From positions 1-58,135 of IMG/VR virus record IMGVR_UViG_3300042526_000572: DNA of 58,135 nt; one strand, written 5' to 3'. The translations under genes were made by a program, and so were the position numbers. The notes below the pieces were generated by a model. The model was given only the letters and a program-made list of their open reading frames with translations. It did no database searches and was not told the origin of the DNA. Shown here in pieces: positions 50,401 through 58,131 of the stretch; position 1 is the first letter of the stretch; each line of letters starts with the position of its first letter. This DNA comes from a virus. Lineage: Duplodnaviria; Caudoviricetes.

Positions 50401-51769
50401 CGAACCTGTCTACGAAGGTGAAGTTGTGTCTAATGCAATTAAAGCTATATATGATAGTGGAGAGGTATCAGTAAAGGAAGGTACAGACCCTACATTCTTT
50501 ACGTACGAGCAATTAATGGAGATGATTAAAATTCCTTTGGAAGATATGACTCCTGTGCAAAGAGGGTATCAATTGCAAATACTTCAAGATTTTAGAGGGT
50601 ACACTGCTTTAGGAAATATAGTTACATCTTTAATGAGCACACAATCTTTTGATACTAAACCTCCAAGAGGAAAAGTAGACATAATGCTCAGGAATAAAAT
50701 GTACCAGGACATGTTAAATAAGAAGCAATTTATAAATGCAGAGAAAATAACTGAGTCCAGTAAGTTTTTTATAGCAGAGTTAAAGAAATTCACATTAGAG
50801 ACTCCTAAAATCTTACAAGATCTTTCTGAATCTAATAATTACGGAGAGTTGTATGAGTCTGTGATGGAAATGGCTATGAATGAAATACTTTTACCTGATG
50901 TGTTCATGTCCTACGATGATAAATTAGATTCTTTAGAAAGAGTAGACCAGTTATTTACAACTATGCTCTTTCAAAGAACTCCTGTAAAAGGTTCAAGCGT
51001 AGGAGATCAAGCACAACGTCTATTGTATGGTAAAGCATCTTTGTCTCAACAATTATTGGAAATAGCAGAGAACCCTTCTCATCCGTTGTATGAGAATTTC
51101 TACATACATCACCTTAGACCTATCATACAGACTGCTCCTATGATGAACAGAATTGGTAAGACAGTTCTTGCACCAGATTATGTTCAAGCTCAAGTTAGAG
51201 GATTGTCTGAGTTAGATCAAGCAATGCTTAATGAAGCTTTTAAAGAAATTCAAAAACATGATATTGAAACAGGAGGTCGTTTAGCTGAGGACATAATAGA
51301 CACAGCTTTACTCCAAGCTGGAGTACTGACATCTCCATTCTCTTTCTTAGATACAGTTTCTGGTGAAAGTTTTGCTAAAAAAGCCAAATCAATTTTAGAT
51401 GCATACAACGGAGATTCAAACAATATAGGTGTAGTAGGAGAAAGTGATTCTAACCAAAGACCTAAAAATGTACTATCTATGATGGTTGCAACAGGTCTTT
51501 TAAAAGCAGTTGTAGCTAAAGACAGTTCATCTAAGAGAAAGACTCACATGTTTACTCAAAAGTATACAAAGCTCAATGAAGCCTCTGCAGATGGTAAGGC
51601 TCAGTTTGCAATGGAAATGTTTAGAATAGACCACATACAAGGTTTTGCAGATGTAATTCATAAGTTGAATCTTGTGGGTAGAACTGATGCTACTTTTTTA
51701 AACTTTACAGATGCTATCTTTGACCTCAGTAGAACAACAGAGCACCCAATAAAAACAAATTGCCCATGA
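38402..51769 (+). CDS. giant virion-packaged DNA-dependent RNA polymerase polyprotein (with zincin and NADAR-like domains)
   Basis: RIPT...GSDFDVDKL catalytic motif (DFDVD 49310-49324) of the phi14:2 gp66 type; HEAFH...EEWLAEEF zincin at 44456; hydrophobic N-terminal helices. Confidence 0.9.
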   Translation: MKKYQLGSLVQNPDTGDLYKIDNSTDALDGLTLRDFENIFGDEERDDEIVLPDNFGESQYDTEVTSPKELENLDNFRAYSQTPLDALGNSIVKFVGLTSFGIVSGTKGVAKGLLDAKAAVGDYLDENQSDEKLTTWEKLKGGGNAALDAFTGNSVFKAMEEDSEELNEKFPHYYSQAERESDFVSQLTTYNMWGDKFVNGLSFLASAAITGGGVKSAVELGFTSMGAAKALLIGTRLAPEAVRAATLTSSIATRAAAASGATQKAVTITAQAIAGSGYESALEAVAVKDAIINDYLEDGVDARGYKISKRSKEWSNLTREEKLKHLSTKELQALMGQAASMHNATFGISFAVTSLSNVFMLGQVYGVGIVKHSQALNKLKVGTDKALDSALGYKGVLGATGIDRVKGFGSWGLRASQEAGEEAIQGITSKTATDYASKSVLTDAGFTNENEDFVKSLARALKDQAFTTEGQTEVFLGFALGAMGMPKKFGGSGLAWTGEIEEQKRARASRENLTEFQTKNIERMEELAKKNPNFGKGTILAMVAVENIRKSEKDFNEAMASGDIATAKSIEMDNSFDMFLAKDLVGELPNLEAEFYKGLKREGEDFKTAFGYSEEMTKAQINDRKIQLRYSFESAIKNYKEAVKVVDKVYNLSEEDKYKKISHPNSPAFIRRIMIHAAVSAENRDMREKAVIAKAAEIIGGDITSKDGLVDTITIQTPDGPRVIPMGTMNALVEDEYGVKNFQTVDFQRRETALRLRQLAAVPKRQQDAEHIKRVEDLQALFDVLKRETNGDKPVLSLFLENGNDSEAKTLDEWIAQDPLRAGDSEELKQLLSDARRLRAERHYFASLFQKLTTKEGKKEMSDKLTKLQKDLVEAQLEAGTKEEKEALKKLSIDELKAKLALYSSDLTIRLDEFIENVQLKKETLRTNLELVDMLQPFMEQLTAKGKKKLRGANRKTLVDPKTGNKMALLTVQEYKTLYEKAVQEIPGLERELANIDESVEARIKSTEELKYQLNALIVTKTPNPEGYEAYLKAKDKVDAFEYLREALNLPEDFNYESFTYFSENEEDIRVSFKEALTLMDDGIEAMALGVMSATAELDSYKALLEGHRNAMASVDLLQTADTDENIKATVAALEELLRVANQNLVEAQERKKELEKNYNTIRRLQAYMKAMAWDASTAHKDAIGSVELDLESVISASILDTSYTPVTGDARFLPDIAQNKNGFLKTTGDNASSLNRYIELSKQISLTDNEKKDLRQAKNQVIWYDWLSKSESGKGNPLNPFVKILLITEKSLAHPGIPQSLRDALSGTFEGNEDVKAVIVKTNKVDGQNTWEAVTHQGGIVFTSLMDPELRTKSGEERFTNKLGTPRTGPEMQGIVEEFAAWKSTVLSANEPRFVPITGKSNGTVVVNKAPDAPLLFSDAAVMYGVGVKNTKLMAAVKLTKAEIATGKNLKPSPKSPSVWSKLGMVWAYDHVRAVLVPSERQRLSASTALTVSRLLQLQLKTIKEYNDQGESLGNAVKRSKLLTLISTKIDDPISIEANKTSKAKVKPAIKQIDVNITLQDHLNDLVILTSSVGPYALDIRIEDKEGVIIYGNNPADGKPYTMSLADFAIPAAQKKFLDFLQTKFHQANANTIDNAMAEEFSEYKGKGGKPEKRSENKFKPLTPWVKVSIGEDLRINPIQPSTVFHSYNHYLLTPSAKEEKAPIMFKTMPFKNVLAVQRTKGGYLTFGKGLSQSGQVATPFSTFSYKADAKNATTETVETPKVPAVSLTAPTAEDLGSNWLQTTSEEKENPFPQKENVEGEVPPSTEDDEIAAQIAAAGNLVVQNSNLELLTSTTNVPGDVQNVETPILRENTLHENILAVPELFKTLKAENISKTLNIGGKVSALSVPAITITVSGKTVEIANYEIVEATKENPNGIELSFLREDPVPDKLREEILKRIAEAIEMPFLNLFQANNPRTLQILETIDEEKARVLGMTPLSIADSQILITSLSTEGVAQLTDYGKVLISKFAPGGALYHEAFHNISLYVLSPKDSKYLYDKVRAIPGSITTYQGETKKLSELSNKEAEEWLAEEFRYYLLDPSYKVAKTSVTDTRSAIKRFFDFLKTTIRRFTKTNENFEFDKNLNSIEGLFKAIEGGKFLNASRHSEKGYAGIYNMSLKDAGLTVKFQRDLVDIFIAEIGNAVDGDKINMNLEDLYIGMTLKEEESRVKALYTRAFFDLREKLLIKEAEFLKATEGKERPAEEVVSYVPSTVPIAVPVQKENISSKGSEFAKKLTNVGNTVGLTYKGKSYVNSEHAYQTWKSGEFNQAGYDLKGGKVRGGKIGDTFSIMTDILTEKLKQNPELIEGINQRGGLGYVQQSTHNVIGDKFWESTGQNKFIEALTKAYQNVAPQATSSPVLEKPVAPKKKPSELALNFMKLEAVQAYLKITGRSLQERGNPAILKELADKHFAEMKFKEPKEATDEEGKTKDMYDREVHTEGPINTAESAIRLLLGGITDPSSMTTASLPGTYPLSLQKIHGGKSVHGIFKVLQDWCMNSTSLDQIIETVKKKGEIYVPNTRTKKYPWVSTVLKRIEHLQSIDDTQIVGMDLTATAKHNMLISITAQLTKANQPPMLTLLQQQGTELGAYNRISILNPTDEAEIGAITNEWKNNLITLVNRGQAKHVKIINNVFQFDPSVPIIPSNPNSKLINVSSLVEKASIREIIDYLKPLGIVFSNEERLINAFEEINEEGEIEEDFEAIQELRENLGNIFSGLSSPLTSSGASVNLYSRNTSETASRMRKIVELENKYGDRIKNASSHIHGKVEYDITEGNTLTLVANSVLSTLAHLNPATVPYSRNSLTVAAQTIKVKAGEAHALPVYRSIGLKEDKSGETGAKTNKLEVPEILAEKIRTIQEGFSPLPPAADKNTVLNVALGIWEPLSNGVGKVTYEKSESALLNYLEDEILASVVGMRELSYIKNYETNIQKLRYFEGIVGPKNNSLVENYLKDSKETNKIYEEFKTTQKSPTLDAFMLKNKDAFTKSIKSYVAESGERLKEDLIYNHLIRLDDKGGVYVTGLDALVINAGTTNKTSYIKDFQLEGILEDLVLRQIIGNNEIFKILLGDPAFYSDLLKRVGGAPGPKTLGSTDLDSIAFFGKDAIAKGYVSETGIINGLTIEEPIFINKTVLGDLTEELQKAYEAPIDMSDGSIFVLPEVYRFLEGMTNQWGFEKETMYHRLMDSKTPEGKEFESIYGGTLSPSKPQYYGPALKEGQNVVSAFLKMAVFPIDDSMSVINGVKYKNIDTILKFMRENNTGFLVLPSAQKVGGVDPKQGILPKINEIIYQATGEIVFIPGKKGKVDPRAFTGFDIKYFGAQLKTGAEAKKSTATATQARVQMYTDLYENGQVSEYMFPNPTRRAEVESILSDYTETLNLLTTKSTKKLLQDLKIPYVQDELTGEWGYKMSKGSYEQILKVLEASGSDNSLGEQIMEGIEYFKTLDEFKFEHFVAGPRIEKMLASHMEGKVTRSKYKGAGLILASNLGYEFSETQNEDGTTTIADKRLKLGVNPETNAYELEVFLPHYFEEFFGKDFLITDEGIIDPVTKEVYPGSKGLLSMIGIRIPTDGLHSIDVIRVKGFLPQIMGPRVVVPELLVRKAGSDFDVDKLTTYFQSYKVIKGKLVREQMRTVEEYFNQKLKQSESGLYTEEELLEFEESVESAEDILARREAIKNKNAAVISNTIERLTNEEYKKYHDQYGAISFETWLSENPTTVADVNTTGALQNHIMDVMAKLIQLPERKNALMSPVNTDTAAKVSKELLEAHNLTGNRYKIPTLSNKDAVEEVDENGKKLPKKTIPLADSLGIGEVSRVQYAYWEGKSVTAIAAVFSTFKIKAQIAGLQLAPNLFGTVDGSSVFVKYNFAETENFDKNAPVELGRIRDLNLVEEDRVHITSINSESVNTAVDTVNTPYLHILNMGIRNASAGLSLINIGVPLKSVSALFNQPIVKIFTHELNISKGRVFKAFNEPVYEGEVVSNAIKAIYDSGEVSVKEGTDPTFFTYEQLMEMIKIPLEDMTPVQRGYQLQILQDFRGYTALGNIVTSLMSTQSFDTKPPRGKVDIMLRNKMYQDMLNKKQFINAEKITESSKFFIAELKKFTLETPKILQDLSESNNYGELYESVMEMAMNEILLPDVFMSYDDKLDSLERVDQLFTTMLFQRTPVKGSSVGDQAQRLLYGKASLSQQLLEIAENPSHPLYENFYIHHLRPIIQTAPMMNRIGKTVLAPDYVQAQVRGLSELDQAMLNEAFKEIQKHDIETGGRLAEDIIDTALLQAGVLTSPFSFLDTVSGESFAKKAKSILDAYNGDSNNIGVVGESDSNQRPKNVLSMMVATGLLKAVVAKDSSSKRKTHMFTQKYTKLNEASADGKAQFAMEMFRIDHIQGFADVIHKLNLVGRTDATFLNFTDAIFDLSRTTEHPIKTNCP

Positions 51770-54700
51770 CCTGCAGTGTAAAGCAAACAATAGTAGACCA
51801 GTTAGAGATAGATAAGCTTGTAGAGCACGATGGGACAGGGTTTAAGATAATTGGGGACCACAACCAAATAAATACAACTCTTGGTGATTTTACTGCTTCT
51901 CTAACACGTTCTCATGGAATTACTGAACCTCCTTTTTCTATTGGTCCTGAGTATGTGGTTCTAAACGATGAATTGCTAGATGCAATTTACGAAATAGACA
52001 ATGGAATTACTCCTCCTCCAACAGATGAAGTTGTATCTGCTGAAGAAGAACTCCTGCAGTCTGTAAACATGATTCTTACAAAACTTGGATTGACATCTAA
52101 GTCTGTAGATAAACTTCGTGACCGTGACGGAAACCCTATAAAAGGGGTTGCTGTTGCAGACATCTTAAATAGGTCTATTCAATACCTTGAAGGAAGACAA
52201 GAAGAGGTACCTGAGGAGGTTATTCACTTCTTTGTACAGGCTTTAAAAGAGTTGAATGACCCTTTGTATATCTCTATGGCAGAAAGAGTCCACAAAGAGC
52301 CAGAATACGCTGAAGTTCTCACAACTCACTCAGATTTAGGGTATAGTGAAGAAGATTTATTGGATGAAGCTATTGCTAAGGTAATTCTAAATAGAATCTT
52401 GACAACTCTTAAGTCCTCTAAACCAGGAGTACAAGAACTATTTGATTCCAATCCTGAATTATCTACTATTGGTACACAAGAACAATACTCTCAATACTTA
52501 GATAGTATATTTCCTGATAGTCAAGTAAAAGATATTGTTTATCATGGTATTACAAGTAGGTTAAAAGAGAAATTTTATAAATTTTCTAAAGAATTTATTA
52601 AATCAGGACAAGGTAGATATGGAGAAGACGGGTTTTTCTTTTCAGAAAATAAAGATGAAGTAAACAAAAATTACAATAGTTCTGGTTTAATCACAGCTAT
52701 TATTAATTTAAGAAATACAAGTAAAGATATTTACAAAAATACTTGGAAAGAAACTGTAGAATACTTAACTGAACCACAAGAACTATATGGTGGGAAAACT
52801 GATTTAGATTATTTATCTGAAGGTTATAGAGCAGCAGCTTGGAATAAAGAAGGAAATTGGAAAAAACAAGTAGAAAGATTAAAAGAAGATGGTTGGAAAA
52901 TAGAAGAAACTGCTAATTCTTATATTAAATTAGGAAAAATATCTTCTCAAGAAAAAACATATTACAGCCATTTAAAAAAGAATTTAGAAAAAGGAACGCT
53001 ACCTTTTAATGTAAATAATTCTGTAGAAGCTATAACAAAAGCAAAAAAACAAGGATTAGATGGTTTAATTTATGAAAATGTATTAGAGGAATCTTCTGTT
53101 GATAAACATAATCAATATGTAGTATTTGAACCAGAACAAATACATATATTAGGAAGTAAACAAGATATAGAAGGATTTAAAGAGTTTGTGGGGAAACCTA
53201 TTGAAGCTACAGGAGATAGAAATACAAGATGGTGGGGCAGAGTTAAAAAGAAACTAGAATCTGTATTTAATATAGACGGTTCTGACCCATTTATGGAGGC
53301 TGCAAAAGAGATGTTTCAAAACGACTTATCTCGATATGCAAATGCTATTTCTACTTCTAAACGTGAGACTATGTTTAGGTCTGTAGAAAATAGGAACGCT
53401 CAGAGTGTCATTTCAAAAAACATCATAGAGATGAATGCCTCTATGAAATTGCAGGCAGCACCAAGAGATGCTTTGGGAAAAATGCCTGACGATGCTTTTG
53501 CCATACTTTCAGCTAAAGGTGGGACAGATACTATAATGCGTTACCTAAATGTTTTAACTGGCAAGTTTGTAACTTGGAGGGGAACAGATAAAAAAGCTTT
53601 AACTAATGCTAGAAGGTATGCAGATGTTAAAATGTCTGATGCAACCATAGATAAGTCTGAGAAAATGTCTGACTATGGAACTAATTTACATGCTTTCTCT
53701 CAACTTTTAGCAATAAATTGGGCCAAGAGTGCAAAAAACTCTGGAGAAAATGGAGCTTACAAAGATATTTTGAATGTAGTTGATACAACTCAAGGAGAAC
53801 CTCAACCTACATTAGAAGAACTTCTAGAGCTACTTCAATTGGACAGAGAATCTGTAAACAGTATGAATGCAGCTGTAAAAGAGATTGTAGATGATATAGT
53901 AGATGTTCAGGCAAAAATTAATAAAAAAAATAAAAAGAGTGACAAAGTAGATTTGTACACTGAATTTAAGGTTCGTTTAGATAAAAAAGATAAAGCTGGT
54001 ACAATAGATATGATGTTTGTATTTTCAGACTCTACTGGTGCCATTTTTGATTACAAGTTTACTGCCCCTGAAGATTGGAAAACTCCAGCATTAAGGGTAG
54101 ATCCATTTAGAAATCAAATAGACTCGTTTGAAGATCAAATGGGATTCTATAAAGATGCTGTAAAAGCTTTAGGTGTAACTTCTTTAAGAAGAACTAGAGT
54201 TATACCTGGGGCTTTAAAGTTAAAAAAGAATGCTGAAGAAAAGATTATAGGTATATCTACTGTATCTATGGGGTCAAAAACAGATAAGTTCCTTAGCCCA
54301 ATTCCTTTACTTAGAGAAACAGCTGATGAAGACATTGACTTTAGTTTAGAGTCTCTAAACAATTCTCTTGCTTCTCTCAACAAACTATTAGAAGAATTGT
54401 CTGGGGATAGGCTTACCCCAGAACAGAAAAGAACAAAGCAAGCTGTTCGTCAAACTATTCGAGAATTATTGACTCGTTCAGATCTTCGTCAAACTATGGA
54501 GGATATGAAAATTTTATACGAAGATCTTCAAAGTCGTATAAATATTGAAGACCCAGAAGATCCTAGATACTTGAGCACCGTTGCAATAAATAGTGCTGTA
54601 GAAATGATTGAGATATTTAAAAGAATACCTGAAGCTATTGCAAATAGTGGGGGGCACTTAAATGATGCATCAAAAAAGACTTTAACTGAGTCCATAGGAA

Positions 54701-57303
54701 AAATTGCATTATTTGGAGACACACTTATTGGTATGTACAAATCGAGAGTTTTAGAAGACTCTGGAGTGAATTTAAGTGATATAAGTAATGCTCCTTCTAT
54801 GATGCACAAGTTTGTGTCTTTTAGAGAAAGTAACAACATTATAGTAAGTTATGTAGCTATGACCATAGATATGGCCAATGAAGCTGCTAATAATGAATAT
54901 AGAGAGTTGTTTGATAAGTGGGAGAAGTTAGATAACAATCTGGTTGAGTGGGCAAAAGCAAATGGAAAAAGTGTGCAACATGCTTACAATATGCTTCACA
55001 GAACTACTAAATCTGGTAAAAAACTTATCCGAGTTTTTAAAGAATCATTTTCTGACGAAAAGAATAAGTATTTAAAGGATTTTAGAAATGGCACTCCAGA
55101 AGAAAAAACAATTGCAAAAAACTGGTTACTAAAAAATTTAGAACTAAAACCTGATGCAAAAGTAGAATATGAAAAGAACCTAGAAGAAAAGAAAAAAGCT
55201 CTTTTAGGAGAATATGGGTCTCCAACTAATAATTCATACCAAAGAAATCTTGCATATTTTATCGCCAATAACGATGTGTTTAATAATTCAGATGCCTGGG
55301 GTTCCTACTCTTATTACAAGTATTTGCAATTTAAACCATCTGTTGTAGAGGCCAATTACAGTCCAGAGTACGCAGAGTTGAAAAAGGGGGGTAACGAGCT
55401 TCTCTTAGAATTTTACGAAGCTTGGCAAAAACAAATGCAAGATTTTGACTCAATGATTACAGGAGTCACTATCCCTTATAATATGATACCTAATGTTCAC
55501 GCAAGTCCTGTGGAAAAATGGGTGGAAGGAAAATTAGGTATTAAGTCAGTTTTGCGAGACCTTAGATTGTCTTTAACTCTTGATGTTGAAAATGAAGAGC
55601 GCTCTTCTAAAGATACAAGTAGAAGCATTCCTTTAAGGTACATGCAGCCTCTTAGAGACAATGCAGGAAACATTACCCCAGGATTTGTAAGTGCAGAGCT
55701 TACACCAGCTTTATTAGAGTTTGGAATGAGTGTTTTGAGGCATAAACATCGACAAAATATTCAAGCAGATGTTATGATGGCTCAAAGAATTCTAGAGGGA
55801 CCTAAAGCTCAAGAGTACTACGAAGAAGGAGGAGAACGTAAACTTAGGGAGGTAAGTGCTGAGACTAAAGCTACCTTAAATAAAGCCATTCAAATGAAAT
55901 TGTATGACTTAGGTTTAGGTGGAACTCCAAATGGTAAAAAGGTTCAAGCTGCTATGGGGCTGTTCAGTAAGATTGTAATGACTATTCCTATTAAGTCAGC
56001 TGCTGCAGCTTTTGTGTCTGGAGCAATATTTGGAAATAGCCAATTAAAATCTAATCCAAATTTTGGAGAGGCTTCTTTGATGGAAGCTATGAAGTTTTTG
56101 TTTACAAACAGGGAAAAAGGAAATGTCATAGCCGATTACTTTAATATTTACCAAGAAGGAGATTTAAGGATGCAATCTAGAACAATGCGCCATAACTTCT
56201 TTACACGCTGGGCAAATGATGACTACTTGTATTCTCCACTTAGGCCAACAGATGAGATGGGGGATAGACGTATGTTTATAGCCATGCTGTCCAATTATTC
56301 TATTGATGAGAAGGGATTGTTTCAAAGATTAGAAGATCTTCCAATAGGAGCCAAATCTGCCTTAGAACAGATTGAAGTTTCAAACGGAAAAATCCTTACA
56401 AAAATATTACCCTCAGAACGGACTAAAATGTCAATGATGTTTAAGGCTGAAATGGGAGCTGTTAGAGGAAGTAATACTCCTATGGACATAGCTGAGTACC
56501 AAGCTGAAATATTTGCAAGTGCAGTTATGCAATTTAAAGGGTGGATGCCAGCCATGCTTTTAGGTAGATACGGAGATGTAAAGTATGACAAGTATATGTA
56601 CAGAATGAAAGAGGGTAGAATTTCTGGAGCATATAAATCTTTAAAACTTAAGTATTCTCCAGAACAACTTCAAGATAAGACTGCTAGTTCTTTACTTATA
56701 GCAAGTGTTGCAGAAAAAACATACAATGTATTAGCAGGACTGTTAAGTGATAAAAACTACATCCTTACTAAAAGAGAGTACGAACGGTTGGAAAAGGGGG
56801 GTAAATTAAACGACAAGAAAATAGCCAACTTTGAAAAAAGAAGAGAAGCTCTTCGTAAAGAGATGGATTTTATCCGATCAAACTCTACTGACCCACATCT
56901 TGTAAATATGACTGAAGAAAGTTTTTTCAGATTAAGAGAAGCTTCTGTAAGAAGTACATTATTTGAAATGAGAGCTATTCTTGTAGTAATGCTTGCCTCA
57001 ATGCTTTTAAATGGATTAGCAGATGATGATGAAGATGAAAGTTACGCTACTCAAATGGGTGCAGTAATGCTAGACAGACTTTTGTTAGAGATAAGGATGT
57101 TCTTAAATCCTTTTGAAATCTTGAACTTAAACAATGGGATACCAGTTTTAGGTCTATTACAAATGATTCAAAGAATAGCTTTCTCTTCTGCAGATATTAC
57201 TTTCCAAGCCTTGACAGAAGATGAAGTAGATTTTTCAAGTTTTAACAAAGCTATACTGTCCCCATTACCAGGATACAGTGCTTATAAATTTGTTGCAAAC
57301 TAA
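51766..57303 (+). CDS. large virion cargo (polyvalent) protein with ART-like and PD-(D/E)xK domains
   Basis: ATGA-coupled start at 51766; YHG...GFFFS...YVVFEPEQI ART-PolyVal-like domain; E...AGTIDMM...IFDYK nuclease motif; hydrophobic C-terminal helices. Confidence 0.8.
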   Translation: MTCSVKQTIVDQLEIDKLVEHDGTGFKIIGDHNQINTTLGDFTASLTRSHGITEPPFSIGPEYVVLNDELLDAIYEIDNGITPPPTDEVVSAEEELLQSVNMILTKLGLTSKSVDKLRDRDGNPIKGVAVADILNRSIQYLEGRQEEVPEEVIHFFVQALKELNDPLYISMAERVHKEPEYAEVLTTHSDLGYSEEDLLDEAIAKVILNRILTTLKSSKPGVQELFDSNPELSTIGTQEQYSQYLDSIFPDSQVKDIVYHGITSRLKEKFYKFSKEFIKSGQGRYGEDGFFFSENKDEVNKNYNSSGLITAIINLRNTSKDIYKNTWKETVEYLTEPQELYGGKTDLDYLSEGYRAAAWNKEGNWKKQVERLKEDGWKIEETANSYIKLGKISSQEKTYYSHLKKNLEKGTLPFNVNNSVEAITKAKKQGLDGLIYENVLEESSVDKHNQYVVFEPEQIHILGSKQDIEGFKEFVGKPIEATGDRNTRWWGRVKKKLESVFNIDGSDPFMEAAKEMFQNDLSRYANAISTSKRETMFRSVENRNAQSVISKNIIEMNASMKLQAAPRDALGKMPDDAFAILSAKGGTDTIMRYLNVLTGKFVTWRGTDKKALTNARRYADVKMSDATIDKSEKMSDYGTNLHAFSQLLAINWAKSAKNSGENGAYKDILNVVDTTQGEPQPTLEELLELLQLDRESVNSMNAAVKEIVDDIVDVQAKINKKNKKSDKVDLYTEFKVRLDKKDKAGTIDMMFVFSDSTGAIFDYKFTAPEDWKTPALRVDPFRNQIDSFEDQMGFYKDAVKALGVTSLRRTRVIPGALKLKKNAEEKIIGISTVSMGSKTDKFLSPIPLLRETADEDIDFSLESLNNSLASLNKLLEELSGDRLTPEQKRTKQAVRQTIRELLTRSDLRQTMEDMKILYEDLQSRINIEDPEDPRYLSTVAINSAVEMIEIFKRIPEAIANSGGHLNDASKKTLTESIGKIALFGDTLIGMYKSRVLEDSGVNLSDISNAPSMMHKFVSFRESNNIIVSYVAMTIDMANEAANNEYRELFDKWEKLDNNLVEWAKANGKSVQHAYNMLHRTTKSGKKLIRVFKESFSDEKNKYLKDFRNGTPEEKTIAKNWLLKNLELKPDAKVEYEKNLEEKKKALLGEYGSPTNNSYQRNLAYFIANNDVFNNSDAWGSYSYYKYLQFKPSVVEANYSPEYAELKKGGNELLLEFYEAWQKQMQDFDSMITGVTIPYNMIPNVHASPVEKWVEGKLGIKSVLRDLRLSLTLDVENEERSSKDTSRSIPLRYMQPLRDNAGNITPGFVSAELTPALLEFGMSVLRHKHRQNIQADVMMAQRILEGPKAQEYYEEGGERKLREVSAETKATLNKAIQMKLYDLGLGGTPNGKKVQAAMGLFSKIVMTIPIKSAAAAFVSGAIFGNSQLKSNPNFGEASLMEAMKFLFTNREKGNVIADYFNIYQEGDLRMQSRTMRHNFFTRWANDDYLYSPLRPTDEMGDRRMFIAMLSNYSIDEKGLFQRLEDLPIGAKSALEQIEVSNGKILTKILPSERTKMSMMFKAEMGAVRGSNTPMDIAEYQAEIFASAVMQFKGWMPAMLLGRYGDVKYDKYMYRMKEGRISGAYKSLKLKYSPEQLQDKTASSLLIASVAEKTYNVLAGLLSDKNYILTKREYERLEKGGKLNDKKIANFEKRREALRKEMDFIRSNSTDPHLVNMTEESFFRLREASVRSTLFEMRAILVVMLASMLLNGLADDDEDESYATQMGAVMLDRLLLEIRMFLNPFEILNLNNGIPVLGLLQMIQRIAFSSADITFQALTEDEVDFSSFNKAILSPLPGYSAYKFVAN

Positions 57304-57310
57304 AAACCAT

Positions 57311-57373
57311 GAAAAAGGAGGGAAAATAGAAAAGAATGAGACCGAACCCATTCTTTTTTATCCCTCCTTCTTC
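57311..57373. terminator. long bidirectional hairpin terminator between convergent gene blocks
   Basis: AAGGAGGGA...AAAAGAATG / CATTCTTTT...TCCCTCCTT imperfect inverted repeat between the + and - strand stops. Confidence 0.75.
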
Positions 57374-57384
57374 ACAGTTAATAA

Positions 57385-58131
57385 TTAAATATCGTAGACA
57401 ACTCTACTGTAAGTCTCCTTCTCTAAGGTTGGACTACTCATAACTTCCTCGTGATTGTACAACTTAACTCCAAGTTGCTCTGAAAGAACTTTTTGTCGCT
57501 CTGGATCCCGCGTAAGGATAGAATGAAGGGTACTACCTTCTCCTTCCATGTGGAAACTTAGGAGCTTTACCTTATAAGCAGGTGACATAGCAGAGTACTT
57601 TCCCGATAGGAATTTGTCATAATCTTCTTTCCACTTGTCAGGGATAGAGAATATGTACATCGTAGTTACTTTACTTGTTTCTTCTGTTCTTAGGTAATTA
57701 GGATGAGCTTCAACCTCACTTTCAAATTGCAAGAAATCTTTAGTCCCTGAGAATCTGTACAATACGGCAATACATTCTTTATCAGATTCTGTTGCAATAA
57801 AGCAATTTAACAGTAATCTAGAAAAGAACATGTTTGACCTATTATCAAATATCATTGGGGTGATAAACACAGAGGCTTTGGTTCTATAAGCCATTCGTAT
57901 CTCCACATGACTATTGTTTTCCGGTCCAATCTTTGTAATGTGATTGGCTTTATAAACAATTGGTGGAGTTCCTATACTAATTTTTTGCCCTACGTTTATA
58001 GTGATTCCATTGTCAAATTCAGCTAGAACTATCTTTTCAGATTCATCCAACTTAAACTCTCCATTGCACCCAATAACTCTAAGAGCTAAAGTATCAGCAA
58101 TTTCTATTCCTTTGACTGTGTTCATCCCCAT
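57385..58131 (-). CDS. hypothetical protein, last gene of the opposite-strand block
   Basis: 248-aa ORF converging on the terminator; no overlapping + strand gene. Confidence 0.7.
   Translation of the reverse strand: MGMNTVKGIEIADTLALRVIGCNGEFKLDESEKIVLAEFDNGITINVGQKISIGTPPIVYKANHITKIGPENNSHVEIRMAYRTKASVFITPMIFDNRSNMFFSRLLLNCFIATESDKECIAVLYRFSGTKDFLQFESEVEAHPNYLRTEETSKVTTMYIFSIPDKWKEDYDKFLSGKYSAMSPAYKVKLLSFHMEGEGSTLHSILTRDPERQKVLSEQLGVKLYNHEEVMSSPTLEKETYSRVVYDI

Noticed and set aside
1045-56591. The many 60-170 aa minus-strand and alternate-frame ORFs in the track
   Set aside because: They lie inside well-supported + strand genes and have the Ser/Phe/Leu-rich composition of antisense shadows.
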